Origin: a virus
Taxonomy: Duplodnaviria > Caudoviricetes
Virus record (IMG/VR): IMGVR_UViG_3300048589_000279
Span: 1 to 62,380 of that record
DNA length: 62,380 nt
Strand: one strand, 5' to 3'
The notes beneath the pieces are model-generated. The model was not told the origin of the DNA and did no database searches. It worked only from the letters and a program-made list of their open reading frames with translations. Below, piece after piece: positions 47,383 to 54,865 of this stretch. The position numbers and the translations under genes are program-made. Positions within the stretch are counted from its first letter, which is position 1. Every line of letters begins with the position of its first letter.

Positions 47383-47781
47383 TCAGTCGAGGTTCAGCGA
47401 TTGTTTCGCCACGGATCGCCACGCATCGGCCTGCTTTTGCTTGTTCGGATCGGCGGCGAAGTCTGCCCACGCGGGGAGCGGATCGCCGTTGAACGCGACG
47501 CCACCAACGGCTTCGCAATAGACCGAGTAGAGCAGATCGGCGTGTTCATCGAGGTTGGGCTGTTCTTTCGAGGTTTGGATGAGCGCCAGCAGCGCGTCGC
47601 CAATCGGTTCGCCGTAGCCCCATGAGCCAGGCGATCCCATCGCTCTCTCGACAGGGATTCCCTCAATCACCGATCCCAAGACGCTGATGAGCGCGGTGGT
47701 GTGATGATCCAGTTCAGGGTTGTTTTCGGCGGCGTGGTTGACGATGGCGTTGCGGAGGTCTCGTTGTTGTTGTGTTATCAT
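47383..47781 (-). CDS. Hypothetical protein (cassette 1)
   Basis: AMGSPGSWGY and YCEAVGGVAFNGDPLPAW motifs. Confidence 0.7.
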   Translation of the reverse strand: MITQQQRDLRNAIVNHAAENNPELDHHTTALISVLGSVIEGIPVERAMGSPGSWGYGEPIGDALLALIQTSKEQPNLDEHADLLYSVYCEAVGGVAFNGDPLPAWADFAADPNKQKQADAWRSVAKQSLNLD

Positions 47782-47812
47782 ATTTCGTTTGGTTTGGGGT
47801 GATTCGGAAGAG

Positions 47813-47909
47813 GTGGAACAAGACGCCGATCCCAACAGAGATGGCGTCCGAGTTCATTTAGGTAGCGGAGTCTTGCCCGCCATCTCTGTGGGATGGCTCA
47901 GCGTTCTGT
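47813..47909 (+). mobile_element. attC-like site A
   Basis: GAAC-aagac-GCC g ATCCC a ACAGAGATGGCG ... CGCCATCTCTGT GGGAT GGC-tcagc-GTTC. Confidence 0.9.
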
Positions 47910-48607
47910 GTATGAAATGGGAGCACGTCCTGCGCGAGACGAGCGGCGGCGATTTCGCAATAGCGTTCCTCCCGCTCAATCAGCACGGCACGCTTCCCGA
48001 GATTCTTCGCGGCGTGTCCTGTGGTGCCAGATCCCGCCCATGGGTCGAGGATGGTTTCCACGTTCCCCGCTTGCTGAATGCACCATTGCATCAGCCCCAG
48101 CGGCTTTTGCGTCGGATGCTGTGGGTTGCTGTCTGAGCGGCAGCGATGGTGCTTCGCTGGTCCTGGGATATTCGTGAAGGCGATTTCCGCGCTGCTTCGC
48201 GTTTCCAAGTGCTCCACATGCGGCTTTTGCCACATCAGGAACTTTTTGTGAGGCGGCAGCAGATTGCACAGGTAGTTCATCCCCCAGATGATTTGCAGGT
48301 TGGCCTTTTCCATTGCGGCGGCAATGGCTTCCCCGTCGATTTTTTCATCATCCCAGTTCCCTTTTCTTGCCATGCCGTATCGGCGCGTCGTCCTTGATCC
48401 GTCGAGTGCATTCATGCCATACGGAGGGTCGGTGAGCAGCAGGTCGAAGCGTTCCAGCATCGGCATGATTTCCCGACAGTCGCCGTGATAGATCGTCACG
48501 TATTCGTCGCGGTAGAACGGCACCGGCAACACAGAACAAGGCATCGCACCCAATGACTGCCCGGCGGCAGTTTGGGGCGAGGATGGAGCGTCAGGGCGGG
48601 CAGTCAT
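47858..48607 (-). CDS. N4-C/N6-A DNA methyltransferase, beta class (cassette 2)
   Basis: YHGDC, LTDPPY, HPTQKP, ILDPWAGSGTT. Confidence 0.93.
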   Translation of the reverse strand: MTARPDAPSSPQTAAGQSLGAMPCSVLPVPFYRDEYVTIYHGDCREIMPMLERFDLLLTDPPYGMNALDGSRTTRRYGMARKGNWDDEKIDGEAIAAAMEKANLQIIWGMNYLCNLLPPHKKFLMWQKPHVEHLETRSSAEIAFTNIPGPAKHHRCRSDSNPQHPTQKPLGLMQWCIQQAGNVETILDPWAGSGTTGHAAKNLGKRAVLIEREERYCEIAAARLAQDVLPFHTQNAEPSHRDGGQDSAT

Positions 48608-48628
48608 GGGTGGATTTTGTCGTTCATC
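48531..48628 (+). mobile_element. attC-like site B
   Basis: GAAC-aaggc-ATC g CACCC a ATGACTGCCCG ... CGGGCAGTCAT GGGTG GAT-tttgtc-GTTC. Confidence 0.9.
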
Positions 48629-48936
48629 CAAAAATCCTGTTGCCCACTGGCCGCGTGGATTCGCTCCTTGCGGCGGCGTTGGCGATCTTTCGCGTCGTGC
48701 CGGTTGTGGCAGCGTTGGCATAGTGCGGCGAGGTTTAGGAGATTCGACGCTTCGGGGCGGTCATCGAAGACATGCGCCACCGTCAGCACCACTTTCGATC
48801 CTGTCACCGGATGCGGCTGGTAGTTCTCGCATCCGCACCACTCGCAATGATTCTTGGCGCGGTAGAAGCGCACGAAGCGACTCCGAAGTTTCCAGTCTTT
48901 CGGGTATCGGTGTTTATTTTCTGCGAGGATCGGCAT
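48604..48936 (-). CDS. HNH endonuclease-like protein (cassette 3)
   Basis: CEWCG...LTVAH...NLAALCQRCHNRHD. Confidence 0.9.
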   Translation of the reverse strand: MPILAENKHRYPKDWKLRSRFVRFYRAKNHCEWCGCENYQPHPVTGSKVVLTVAHVFDDRPEASNLLNLAALCQRCHNRHDAKDRQRRRKERIHAASGQQDFWMNDKIHP

Positions 48937-48955
48937 CGGAGGTAATTCGGAAGAG

Positions 48956-49042
48956 GATGAACAAGGCGTGAGATGCGACGGCTATAAGCCGTCTTGTTGA
49001 GGCGGAGCGCAGCGATGCCGCGCATCCACATCGGCGTTCGGC
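48956..49042 (+). mobile_element. attC-like site C
   Basis: GAAC-aaggc-GTG a GATGCG a CGGC ... GCCG CGCATC CAC-atcggc-GTTC. Confidence 0.9.
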
Positions 49043-49308
49043 TGACGAATGCGGAGATACCATGTCTCAGGTGTCCAGACGTGTCCGCAGTCGGTGCAAC
49101 GGTCCATGTGCTGGAACTCGGCTCCTGCCCGTTCGCGCCCGTGTTTCCCGCATTCGGGGCAGTGTCTTCCGGCTGGCCACCAGTCAATGATCCAGCCCGA
49201 TTCGGCAGTGATCTTTTCCGTGATCGACGCAAGCCGAACAAGACGCAGCACAGAACCGCTGACCGCGGCGTTGTCCTGCGTGCTAGCAATGTCTGATTCC
49301 GCTGTCAT
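48982..49308 (-). CDS. Zn-ribbon protein (cassette 4)
   Basis: CPECG...CTDCGHVW. Confidence 0.7.
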   Translation of the reverse strand: MTAESDIASTQDNAAVSGSVLRLVRLASITEKITAESGWIIDWWPAGRHCPECGKHGRERAGAEFQHMDRCTDCGHVWTPETWYLRIRQPNADVDARHRCAPPQQDGL

Positions 49309-49332
49309 CGGTCCGTGTGCTCTGCGTTCGGC
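49233..49332 (+). mobile_element. attC-like site D
   Basis: GCCGAAC-aagac-GCAGCACAGAACCG ... CGGTCCGTGTGC-tctgc-GTTCGGC. Confidence 0.8.
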
Positions 49333-49724
49333 TCAAAGAATCCGCAGTCCTTTCCGCTATCCAACCAGATTGGCTGGCGCTCTTCGCGGAGCATCACGCA
49401 GGCGGGGGCTTTCCATTCCGGCAGTGGGTGCAGGCAGCGGCCCGAGACAGACGGGCGTGGGAGTCCGTTGAAGTCGGCGTGCTTGCAGTCGCCACAGGTG
49501 CCGCAGACGCGGGGAGATTCATCGTTCCTCCAGATGAGCTTGGCGAGAGCGTCGCACAATTCCCCGGTGTCTTTTGTGTCGAGATAGGCGACTTGACCGT
49601 TTGAGTGATGGATCGCCAGCCCAGCCGCCTCGTTGATGAAGTTGGCGCTCAGTGGCGTAGTGGGCAAAGCCGAACAAGACGTGGCTGCGGCAACCGGCGT
49701 TTCGCTTTCCAATTTCTTACTCAT
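49305..49724 (-). CDS. Cys-rich hypothetical protein (cassette 5)
   Basis: CGTCGDCKH...GRC...DCGFFEP. Confidence 0.7.
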   Translation of the reverse strand: MSKKLESETPVAAATSCSALPTTPLSANFINEAAGLAIHHSNGQVAYLDTKDTGELCDALAKLIWRNDESPRVCGTCGDCKHADFNGLPRPSVSGRCLHPLPEWKAPACVMLREERQPIWLDSGKDCGFFEPNAEHTDR

Positions 49725-49768
49725 GATCGTTCCTTTCGCTGCCGGTGGCAGCACTTGTTTCGTTCGGG
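49669..49768 (+). mobile_element. attC-like site E
   Basis: CCGAAC-aagac-GTG g CTGC..ACCGGC ... GCCGGT g GCAG CAC-ttgtttc-GTTCGG. Confidence 0.8.
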
Positions 49769-50328
49769 GGACAAAGTTTCACGCCCTCCAACGGGCATTT
49801 CAGAAGCGTTTCCTTGGCGCGGTCGCCATAGCCGATCAGCACGCTGGGAGAGGTTGCGCACGATCCGCCGCCCGTCCGCTGGAACTTTCCGCCCCGCGTG
49901 TCGTGGAAGCGGACGCGCCCCGATAGGAAGAGCATGGCGGCAGCGGTCTTGCTGACGGACTGAAACCACTTGGTATCCGAGCGAGCGAACACAAGCGCGA
50001 TGCCGTCGCCGTGGAGCGCAAGTCGCTCCATCCATTCCGCGATTTGCGAGCCGTAGGGCGGATTTAGCCACACATGCCCGGACCATTCGCGGGTGAGTCC
50101 ATCGTCCAGCACCGTGAAGCCCCTAGCGGCGGTTTCCCACGGCTGGTGCAGCGACATGCACGGGTCGAGATCGAACGGCCCGAGAGCGTCGAGGATGTGG
50201 CGCGGCGTGATCCAGTCGTGGGTCTGCGCCGTCGTCCGCTCATGCCCGTGGAAGCCGCCCGAACAAGGCAGCGCATGGAACGCCGGGGAAGTCGGTTCTT
50301 GAATCATAGTCTTGGGGTCGGCGTCCAT
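49717..50328 (-). CDS. Phage N6-adenine (Dam-family) methyltransferase (cassette 6)
   Basis: DWITP, FDLDPC, DDGL..EW...VWLNPPY, LVFARSDTKWF, GRVRF. Confidence 0.92.
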   Translation of the reverse strand: MDADPKTMIQEPTSPAFHALPCSGGFHGHERTTAQTHDWITPRHILDALGPFDLDPCMSLHQPWETAARGFTVLDDGLTREWSGHVWLNPPYGSQIAEWMERLALHGDGIALVFARSDTKWFQSVSKTAAAMLFLSGRVRFHDTRGGKFQRTGGGSCATSPSVLIGYGDRAKETLLKCPLEGVKLCPPNETSAATGSERNDHE

Positions 50329-50345
50329 GGCTTTAGGCGTTCTCC
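50258..50345 (+). mobile_element. attC-like site F
   Basis: GAAC-aaggc-AGC g CATGG a ACGCCG ... CGGCGT CCATG GCT-ttaggc-GTTC. Confidence 0.9.
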
Positions 50346-50680
50346 TCAATATCCTCCGTGGGCAGAAGTGCCCGCGCATCGCAGGTTATGTCGTGAGCTT
50401 CCACCTTCCAGTCCCGTGGATCGCGGACTTTCAGGTCGCGAATACTCACGACCTCATGGTCGCTGATATCGATCCGGTCGCTGTAATGGTCCCATGAGTC
50501 TTCCCAGTCTTCGACGTGCTTCAGCGCATCTGCTTCGGAGGCGGCGAAGATGACGGCGTTGCGGCGGATCAAGACGCTCACCTCGAAAAGCCGAGGAGAA
50601 CAAGCCGTGTCTGGCGACCCGGCCTCGTCTCTTGTTGGTTCGGAGATTTGGCCCTCCGCTGGCACTGATTGGTTTTGCAT
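50333..50680 (-). CDS. Hypothetical protein (cassette 7)
   Basis: Starts inside site G and stops inside site F. Confidence 0.7.
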   Translation of the reverse strand: MQNQSVPAEGQISEPTRDEAGSPDTACSPRLFEVSVLIRRNAVIFAASEADALKHVEDWEDSWDHYSDRIDISDHEVVSIRDLKVRDPRDWKVEAHDITCDARALLPTEDIEENA

Positions 50681-50729
50681 AGATTTTAGGTGTTACGCTG
50701 GCCGGATCGCCAGCACTTAGACGTTGTGT
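50595..50729 (+). mobile_element. attC-like site G
   Basis: GAAC-aagcc-GTG t CTGGCGACCCGGCC ... GGCCGGATCGCCAG CAC-ttagac-GTTG. Confidence 0.88.
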
Positions 50730-51043
50730 GAAGAATATCCTCGAAGTAGTTTCCCCATGGCTTGGGCGATTGTGAGCGAGTCGAGCACGTAGATGGTCCA
50801 CTCTTCGCGCTCCGCCCTCATCCTTTCGCGTCGATATACAGCCTCTTCGCGAATGAATTCGGACGGCAGCGCGGTTGCATACTCGAACTCCATCACTGGG
50901 CGGTCCGCGCACACTTTCCAATATGGCTGACCGGGATCAGGGCGGCGTTGTCCATCGGCAAGCCCTCCGATGAAGAGCACACAACAAAACGTGAGACGCA
51001 ATCCGCTATCAGCGGCATTGTCAGCTTTTGGGGAATCAGACAT
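50717..51043 (-). CDS. Hypothetical protein (cassette 8)
   Basis: LFIGGLADGQRR motif; starts inside site H. Confidence 0.7.
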   Translation of the reverse strand: MSDSPKADNAADSGLRLTFCCVLFIGGLADGQRRPDPGQPYWKVCADRPVMEFEYATALPSEFIREEAVYRRERMRAEREEWTIYVLDSLTIAQAMGKLLRGYSSHNV

Positions 51044-51099
51044 CTTCGGGCTTCGTTGGGGTTTTCTCGTCGGCGGATGCGTCCACATCGGCGTTCGGA
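50979..51099 (+). mobile_element. attC-like site H
   Basis: CAAC-aaaac-GTG a GACGC a ATCCGC ... GCGGAT GCGTC CAC-atcggc-GTTC. Confidence 0.9.
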
Positions 51100-51350
51100 A
51101 GATCAACCAGCTCCACCTCGACGGTGCGGCATTCCTCTTCGGATTCGGCCATAGAGCAGATTGCTTGCATCGCATGCCACTGATCCACGTCCGTCCATTG
51201 CGCGATTTTCCCGCAGCCGTGGCGTTCTAGGCTGACCCACACGATTTTGCTGCCGGGATAGCAGAATCGGGTTCCAAGCGGAAGATCGAAAAACTTCCGA
51301 ACAAGGCGTGGCTGGAGCAACGCGGCTCCGGTGTGAGTTTGATTTTGCAT
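51036..51350 (-). CDS. Hypothetical protein (cassette 9)
   Basis: FFDLPLGTRFCY motif; starts in site I and stops in site H. Confidence 0.7.
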   Translation of the reverse strand: MQNQTHTGAALLQPRLVRKFFDLPLGTRFCYPGSKIVWVSLERHGCGKIAQWTDVDQWHAMQAICSMAESEEECRTVEVELVDLPNADVDASADEKTPTKPEDV

Positions 51351-51419
51351 GGTAGTTACTGAGTTTTGGGAGTTATCGGCGTAGCGCTCTCGCCGCGTGC
51401 CAGCACATCGACGTCCGCG
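51296..51419 (+). mobile_element. attC-like site I (terminal; R' is GTC rather than GTT)
   Basis: GAAC-aaggc-GTG g CTGG..ACGCGGC ... GCCGCGT g CCAG CAC-atcgac-GTCC. Confidence 0.8.
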
Positions 51420-51592
51420 GGAATCAGGCTGACCAGGAACTTCCCGCGGGTCATTTCTCCGCGGAGCGAGTCCACGGCCTCCAGCTTGTCAGGCAGCAGG
51501 GAACAGGTGACGACGGTTGCAGTGCGACCGGTGCTCGGTTTGACTCCGGCTCCGGGGCGTTTCCCCCCGCGGGTGGTCTTGGGCTTAGTCAT
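51356..51592 (-). CDS. Small DNA-binding-like protein (RGGKRPGAG motif)
   Basis: Basic GGxRxGAG motif followed by an RHH-like region; C-terminus in site I. Confidence 0.65.
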   Translation of the reverse strand: MTKPKTTRGGKRPGAGVKPSTGRTATVVTCSLLPDKLEAVDSLRGEMTRGKFLVSLIPADVDVLARGESATPITPKTQ

Positions 51593-51791
51593 GGCGTTGG
51601 GTGATTCGGACTTTTTGGACCAGGTTCCAGTTGATCGGGGTGCCGGCCGGCGCCAGTTTGGTCCACACTTTTTCGAGTTCGGATTGAGTCGGCGCAATGA
51701 TGGCACAGCGATAGCCGTTGTGGTCGATGACGGTTGACCATTTGAATTCAGACGGATCGTGTTTCTTCGGTTGTTTTTTGGCGATTGGCAT
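51585..51791 (-). CDS. Hypothetical protein
   Basis: Coupled small ORF. Confidence 0.55.
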   Translation of the reverse strand: MPIAKKQPKKHDPSEFKWSTVIDHNGYRCAIIAPTQSELEKVWTKLAPAGTPINWNLVQKVRITQRHD

Positions 51792-51881
51792 GGGTTCAGA
51801 GGGTTGAGAGTTGCTGGTTGAGGACGAAGGAGAGCAACGCCAGGACGGCGAGCACTCCGATCAGGATGGCGGCGACGTATT

Positions 51882-52082
51882 TCATCGGAGGAGTAGTTTG
51901 GCGAAGAGCCAGGCGAATGCCGGGGCCATGACGATTGCCGCGGCAACGATGCCCATCGGGGTAATGCGGGGGTTCCTTGCCGGTTGTGGGGCCGGGTAGG
52001 CCAGCGATGCTAGGCGGATGTCGTTGAGGATCTGCCGGCGTGATTTCCGGGCTTGCCGGATGTCGAATGGGTCTTGGTTCAT
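51882..52082 (-). CDS. Small membrane protein
   Basis: C-terminal hydrophobic helix. Confidence 0.55.
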   Translation of the reverse strand: MNQDPFDIRQARKSRRQILNDIRLASLAYPAPQPARNPRITPMGIVAAAIVMAPAFAWLFAKLLLR

Positions 52083-52105
52083 ATTCGTTTGGTTTGGGGT
52101 GAGGG

Positions 52106-52315
52106 TTAGCGGGTTTGGTAGTCCATTTCCTCAGTGCGCGTTACGCTGATGTCGGACGGTTTTGCATCATATCCGCGCTGTTGCAGGTTAGCGGCGACGA
52201 TGCGGGCTGCACCACGGTTGGTCGGGGTCTTGGCCGAACGTGGGCGGATGACGGAAACCTGCCCTTCCTCGTTGCGTGTTCCGGCGGTGTAGTTGATTGT
52301 GAGGTATGTTTTCAT
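52106..52315 (-). CDS. Hypothetical protein
   Basis: ORF downstream of TTGACG-N17-TATCCG (about 52364-52392). Confidence 0.55.
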   Translation of the reverse strand: MKTYLTINYTAGTRNEEGQVSVIRPRSAKTPTNRGAARIVAANLQQRGYDAKPSDISVTRTEEMDYQTR

Positions 52316-52409
52316 GGTCTTTTTTTTGTTTGGGGTGGGCCTCATTGCCTGCCGATGGAAAACGGATAGCGGTTCCGTTATTAACCGTCAAATGAATTCG
52401 TTATTATTT

Positions 52410-52769
52410 TTAGAGTGCCGGTTTCGAGGGTGTTTTTCCCGTCTCTTCCGGGTGCAGGATTTGCCGCTCGACGGCTTGCGCTTGGGCGAGCGTGCATGGA
52501 ACGACGAAGAGAACGAATCTGGCAATGTCGCCGGGATACGTGTCCCGCGCCACCACGACGAAGCAGGAGAGGCTTGGGCTTGCGTCCAGCACTTTGCCAA
52601 GCTCCGCGCTCTGTGACTCGTCCAGAACAATCCTCGTCGCCGTGGGGTGCCGTAGCGGGTCAATCAGTGGTCCCATTGCCATCTTCGGGCGGATCCTCGG
52701 GTTCGGGGTTCGGTTTGTCGTGCTTCTTGCCGAATATCCGGTCGTAGCCGGATCGGTAGGCTTCGCCAT
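52410..52769 (-). CDS. Hypothetical protein (start uncertain)
   Basis: ORF in the leftward operon. Confidence 0.5.
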   Translation of the reverse strand: MAKPTDPATTGYSARSTTNRTPNPRIRPKMAMGPLIDPLRHPTATRIVLDESQSAELGKVLDASPSLSCFVVVARDTYPGDIARFVLFVVPCTLAQAQAVERQILHPEETGKTPSKPAL

Positions 52770-52826
52770 CCACTGCGCGGGGGCAATCCCCCTTGCCCGC
52801 TCCTTCTTGTGCCATGTGCATGTTTC

Positions 52827-53180
52827 TCATTGGTCTGTTTCTGGTTTGGGGATTCCGGCCCGCATCTTGGCGAGCATCGGGATTACAACCGTCTCGTAGA
52901 GGTATTCACGACAGGCGGCAACGTGGCGACATTCTACACGCCCGGTCAATGGGTAGGGAATGAACGTGCCGTGACGCTTCCAGTTCGGATTTGCTCGGCA
53001 TGAAAAGTCATGGCAGGAACAGCTTCCGAGTCCTCCCCGGTCGGTCATATCGACCAAATACCATCCAATGTCGGCGGATCTGGATTCCACACGGTAGCGG
53101 AAAGCCGCTCCGACATCCTCGCTGACGTTGGGCATCTCCATCATTGCCCGTTGCTCCTTGGCTTTGGCTTCTTGGGTCAT
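52827..53180 (-). CDS. SWIM Zn-finger protein
   Basis: YRVESRS...YLVD...CSCHDF...CRHV. Confidence 0.8.
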   Translation of the reverse strand: MTQEAKAKEQRAMMEMPNVSEDVGAAFRYRVESRSADIGWYLVDMTDRGGLGSCSCHDFSCRANPNWKRHGTFIPYPLTGRVECRHVAACREYLYETVVIPMLAKMRAGIPKPETDQ

Positions 53181-53788
53181 GGCTTCGTTTTTCGTTGTTT
53201 TAGCGGGTAGTGGAAGCGCCACTTGGAAACACGGGGGATTCGTGTAACGTCGGCATCGGGGGGCATGTTCCCTTTGCGCCCATACTTCTTGCCCGTGCGG
53301 GCGTCCACGTAGTCGCAGCGCGGGCTTTTCCGCTCGTCGTCGGTCATCCCGTCATGCCGCCAGTTCGCGGCCTTGTAGATCGTCCCGGCGTGTCCTGCGG
53401 ACGGGTCCGCGTAGCTCAAAAGGTGTTCAACGTCCCGGTGCGTCCGTTGGATGTAGCGGATGCTTTGGCCGATCAACCACGTTTCCGCGTTGCGGGGGAT
53501 TTCGTCCAGTAGGTAAAGGCGGGCGAGTTCCCATGTCTTGCCGCCATACCGCTTGTCAGCTTCCCGTGGCGGGGCTGAGTAGATGATGCACCCCACCGGT
53601 TCGCCATTGGTTAGCATCATCAGGCACAGGAGCACTATTGCGGGACGTTTCCCAAGGTAATGACGGCAAATGAAGTCGTCTACGTTGGCGACGGAGCACG
53701 GCTGAATTTTGGAAATAGACCGCCACGATGAATCAAACTTCTCGGAAGTTGGTAATTCGGCAGAGAGTCCGGGAAGGTTTCCGTTCAT
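53177..53788 (-). CDS. mom: Mom-family adenine-modification protein (GNAT fold)
   Basis: RHYL, WELARLY...PRNAETWLIG, SYADPSAGHAGTIYKAANW. Confidence 0.85.
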   Translation of the reverse strand: MNGNLPGLSAELPTSEKFDSSWRSISKIQPCSVANVDDFICRHYLGKRPAIVLLCLMMLTNGEPVGCIIYSAPPREADKRYGGKTWELARLYLLDEIPRNAETWLIGQSIRYIQRTHRDVEHLLSYADPSAGHAGTIYKAANWRHDGMTDDERKSPRCDYVDARTGKKYGRKGNMPPDADVTRIPRVSKWRFHYPLKQRKTKP

Positions 53789-54174
53789 GGCTTTGAAAAC
53801 ATGGTCGCCATCGCTTCGAGTTCGTCCGCGATCTCGGAAAGCAGTTTCATCTTTACACACGGCCAGCCTTCGGGAACGTGGTCGATCTCCAATATGCGGA
53901 TTTCCCCCACCAGTTCCTTCCAGCGGGGCTTTGGCGGTGGCTTTGGGACTCTCTCCCGCTTCTTGCGCTCCTCGCCTTCCACCGGTGCCTTGCGTGCGAT
54001 CGGCGGGCCCTTCTGGCTGCCGGCCTCGATCTCCTCGGGACTCACCCAGACAATACCCCAATCGTCTCGAAGGGGTTTGACCTTGGCCATCCCCTGCCAA
54101 CGTTCAATCAAAGTGCCGGAGGCGCGGAGCTTGCGTCCTTCACGTCGATAGGAAATGAGCGGGGCGGTTTTCAT
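53785..54174 (-). CDS. Hypothetical protein
   Basis: ATGA-coupled to the mom-like gene. Confidence 0.6.
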   Translation of the reverse strand: MKTAPLISYRREGRKLRASGTLIERWQGMAKVKPLRDDWGIVWVSPEEIEAGSQKGPPIARKAPVEGEERKKRERVPKPPPKPRWKELVGEIRILEIDHVPEGWPCVKMKLLSEIADELEAMATMFSKP

Positions 54175-54356
54175 GGCTCGATCAGGTATTCGCACTCAAA
54201 GGCGATGATGGCAGGCGGCGAAATCATGGAAACCATTTCAGTCCGTGGCGCGGTTCTCCGCAGGCAGGTTTCGCATCCTTCACGCCAGCCTTCTTCTTCG
54301 CTGCCGGAGCCGTCGCAGCGGGCTACGTCGTTGGGGAGTGTGGTCATGGCGGTGGA

Positions 54357-54689
54357 TCAGAACGGAATAATCGAGTCCGGATCTTCGTCCAGTGCGTCGT
54401 TGGTAGCTGCAAGCGGTGGTGCCTGCTGGCGCTGGCGCTGCGGTGGCGCGGCTTTGGTGGTCTCGCCTTTCTGTGATCCCGGAACAATCGTTCCGTCGCC
54501 TATGAACGGGGTTTCCTCGCCGCGGCGGTCCTTGCCCAAGTCCTGCTTGATCCCACCGTTCTTGCCATACTGGTTGGGTTCGTCGTCATAGAAGTAAGTG
54601 AGGTCGGCATAGGTGCCTTGCTTGCCTTTGAAAAAGGCTGTCTTGTCGAGCTTGGTGACATCGATCTTGAGTCGAATGATCTGTTTCAT
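54357..54689 (-). CDS. Single-stranded DNA-binding-like protein
   Basis: KIDVTKLDK...GKQGTY...NQYGKNG; acidic tail ending IPF. Confidence 0.7.
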   Translation of the reverse strand: MKQIIRLKIDVTKLDKTAFFKGKQGTYADLTYFYDDEPNQYGKNGGIKQDLGKDRRGEETPFIGDGTIVPGSQKGETTKAAPPQRQRQQAPPLAATNDALDEDPDSIIPF

Positions 54690-54865
54690 GTTGTTTGTTG
54701 GTTCTGGAGAGTTTCAATCTTGGCACGGCATGCCTGGATGCAGGCCGTGTGCTCGGCTTCGAGGGCTTCATCCTCCGCCTCGTCCGGGGACTTCCAGTTC
54801 TTGCGGCGGGCCGCCTGGATCGTCTCGATGCAGGCAAGGAGTTGGTCGATTTGTTCGGCAATCAT
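54686..54865 (-). CDS. Small helical protein (59 aa, below the track cut-off)
   Basis: ATGA overlaps on both sides; MIAEQIDQLL...RRKNWKSPDEAEDE. Confidence 0.7.
   Translation of the reverse strand: MIAEQIDQLLACIETIQAARRKNWKSPDEAEDEALEAEHTACIQACRAKIETLQNQQTT

Noticed and set aside
47813-51419. CRISPR array or Rho-independent terminators as an explanation for the repeated hairpins
   Set aside because: The sites differ in sequence, are separated by whole genes, lack U-tracts and show neighbour-specific R'/R'' complementarity
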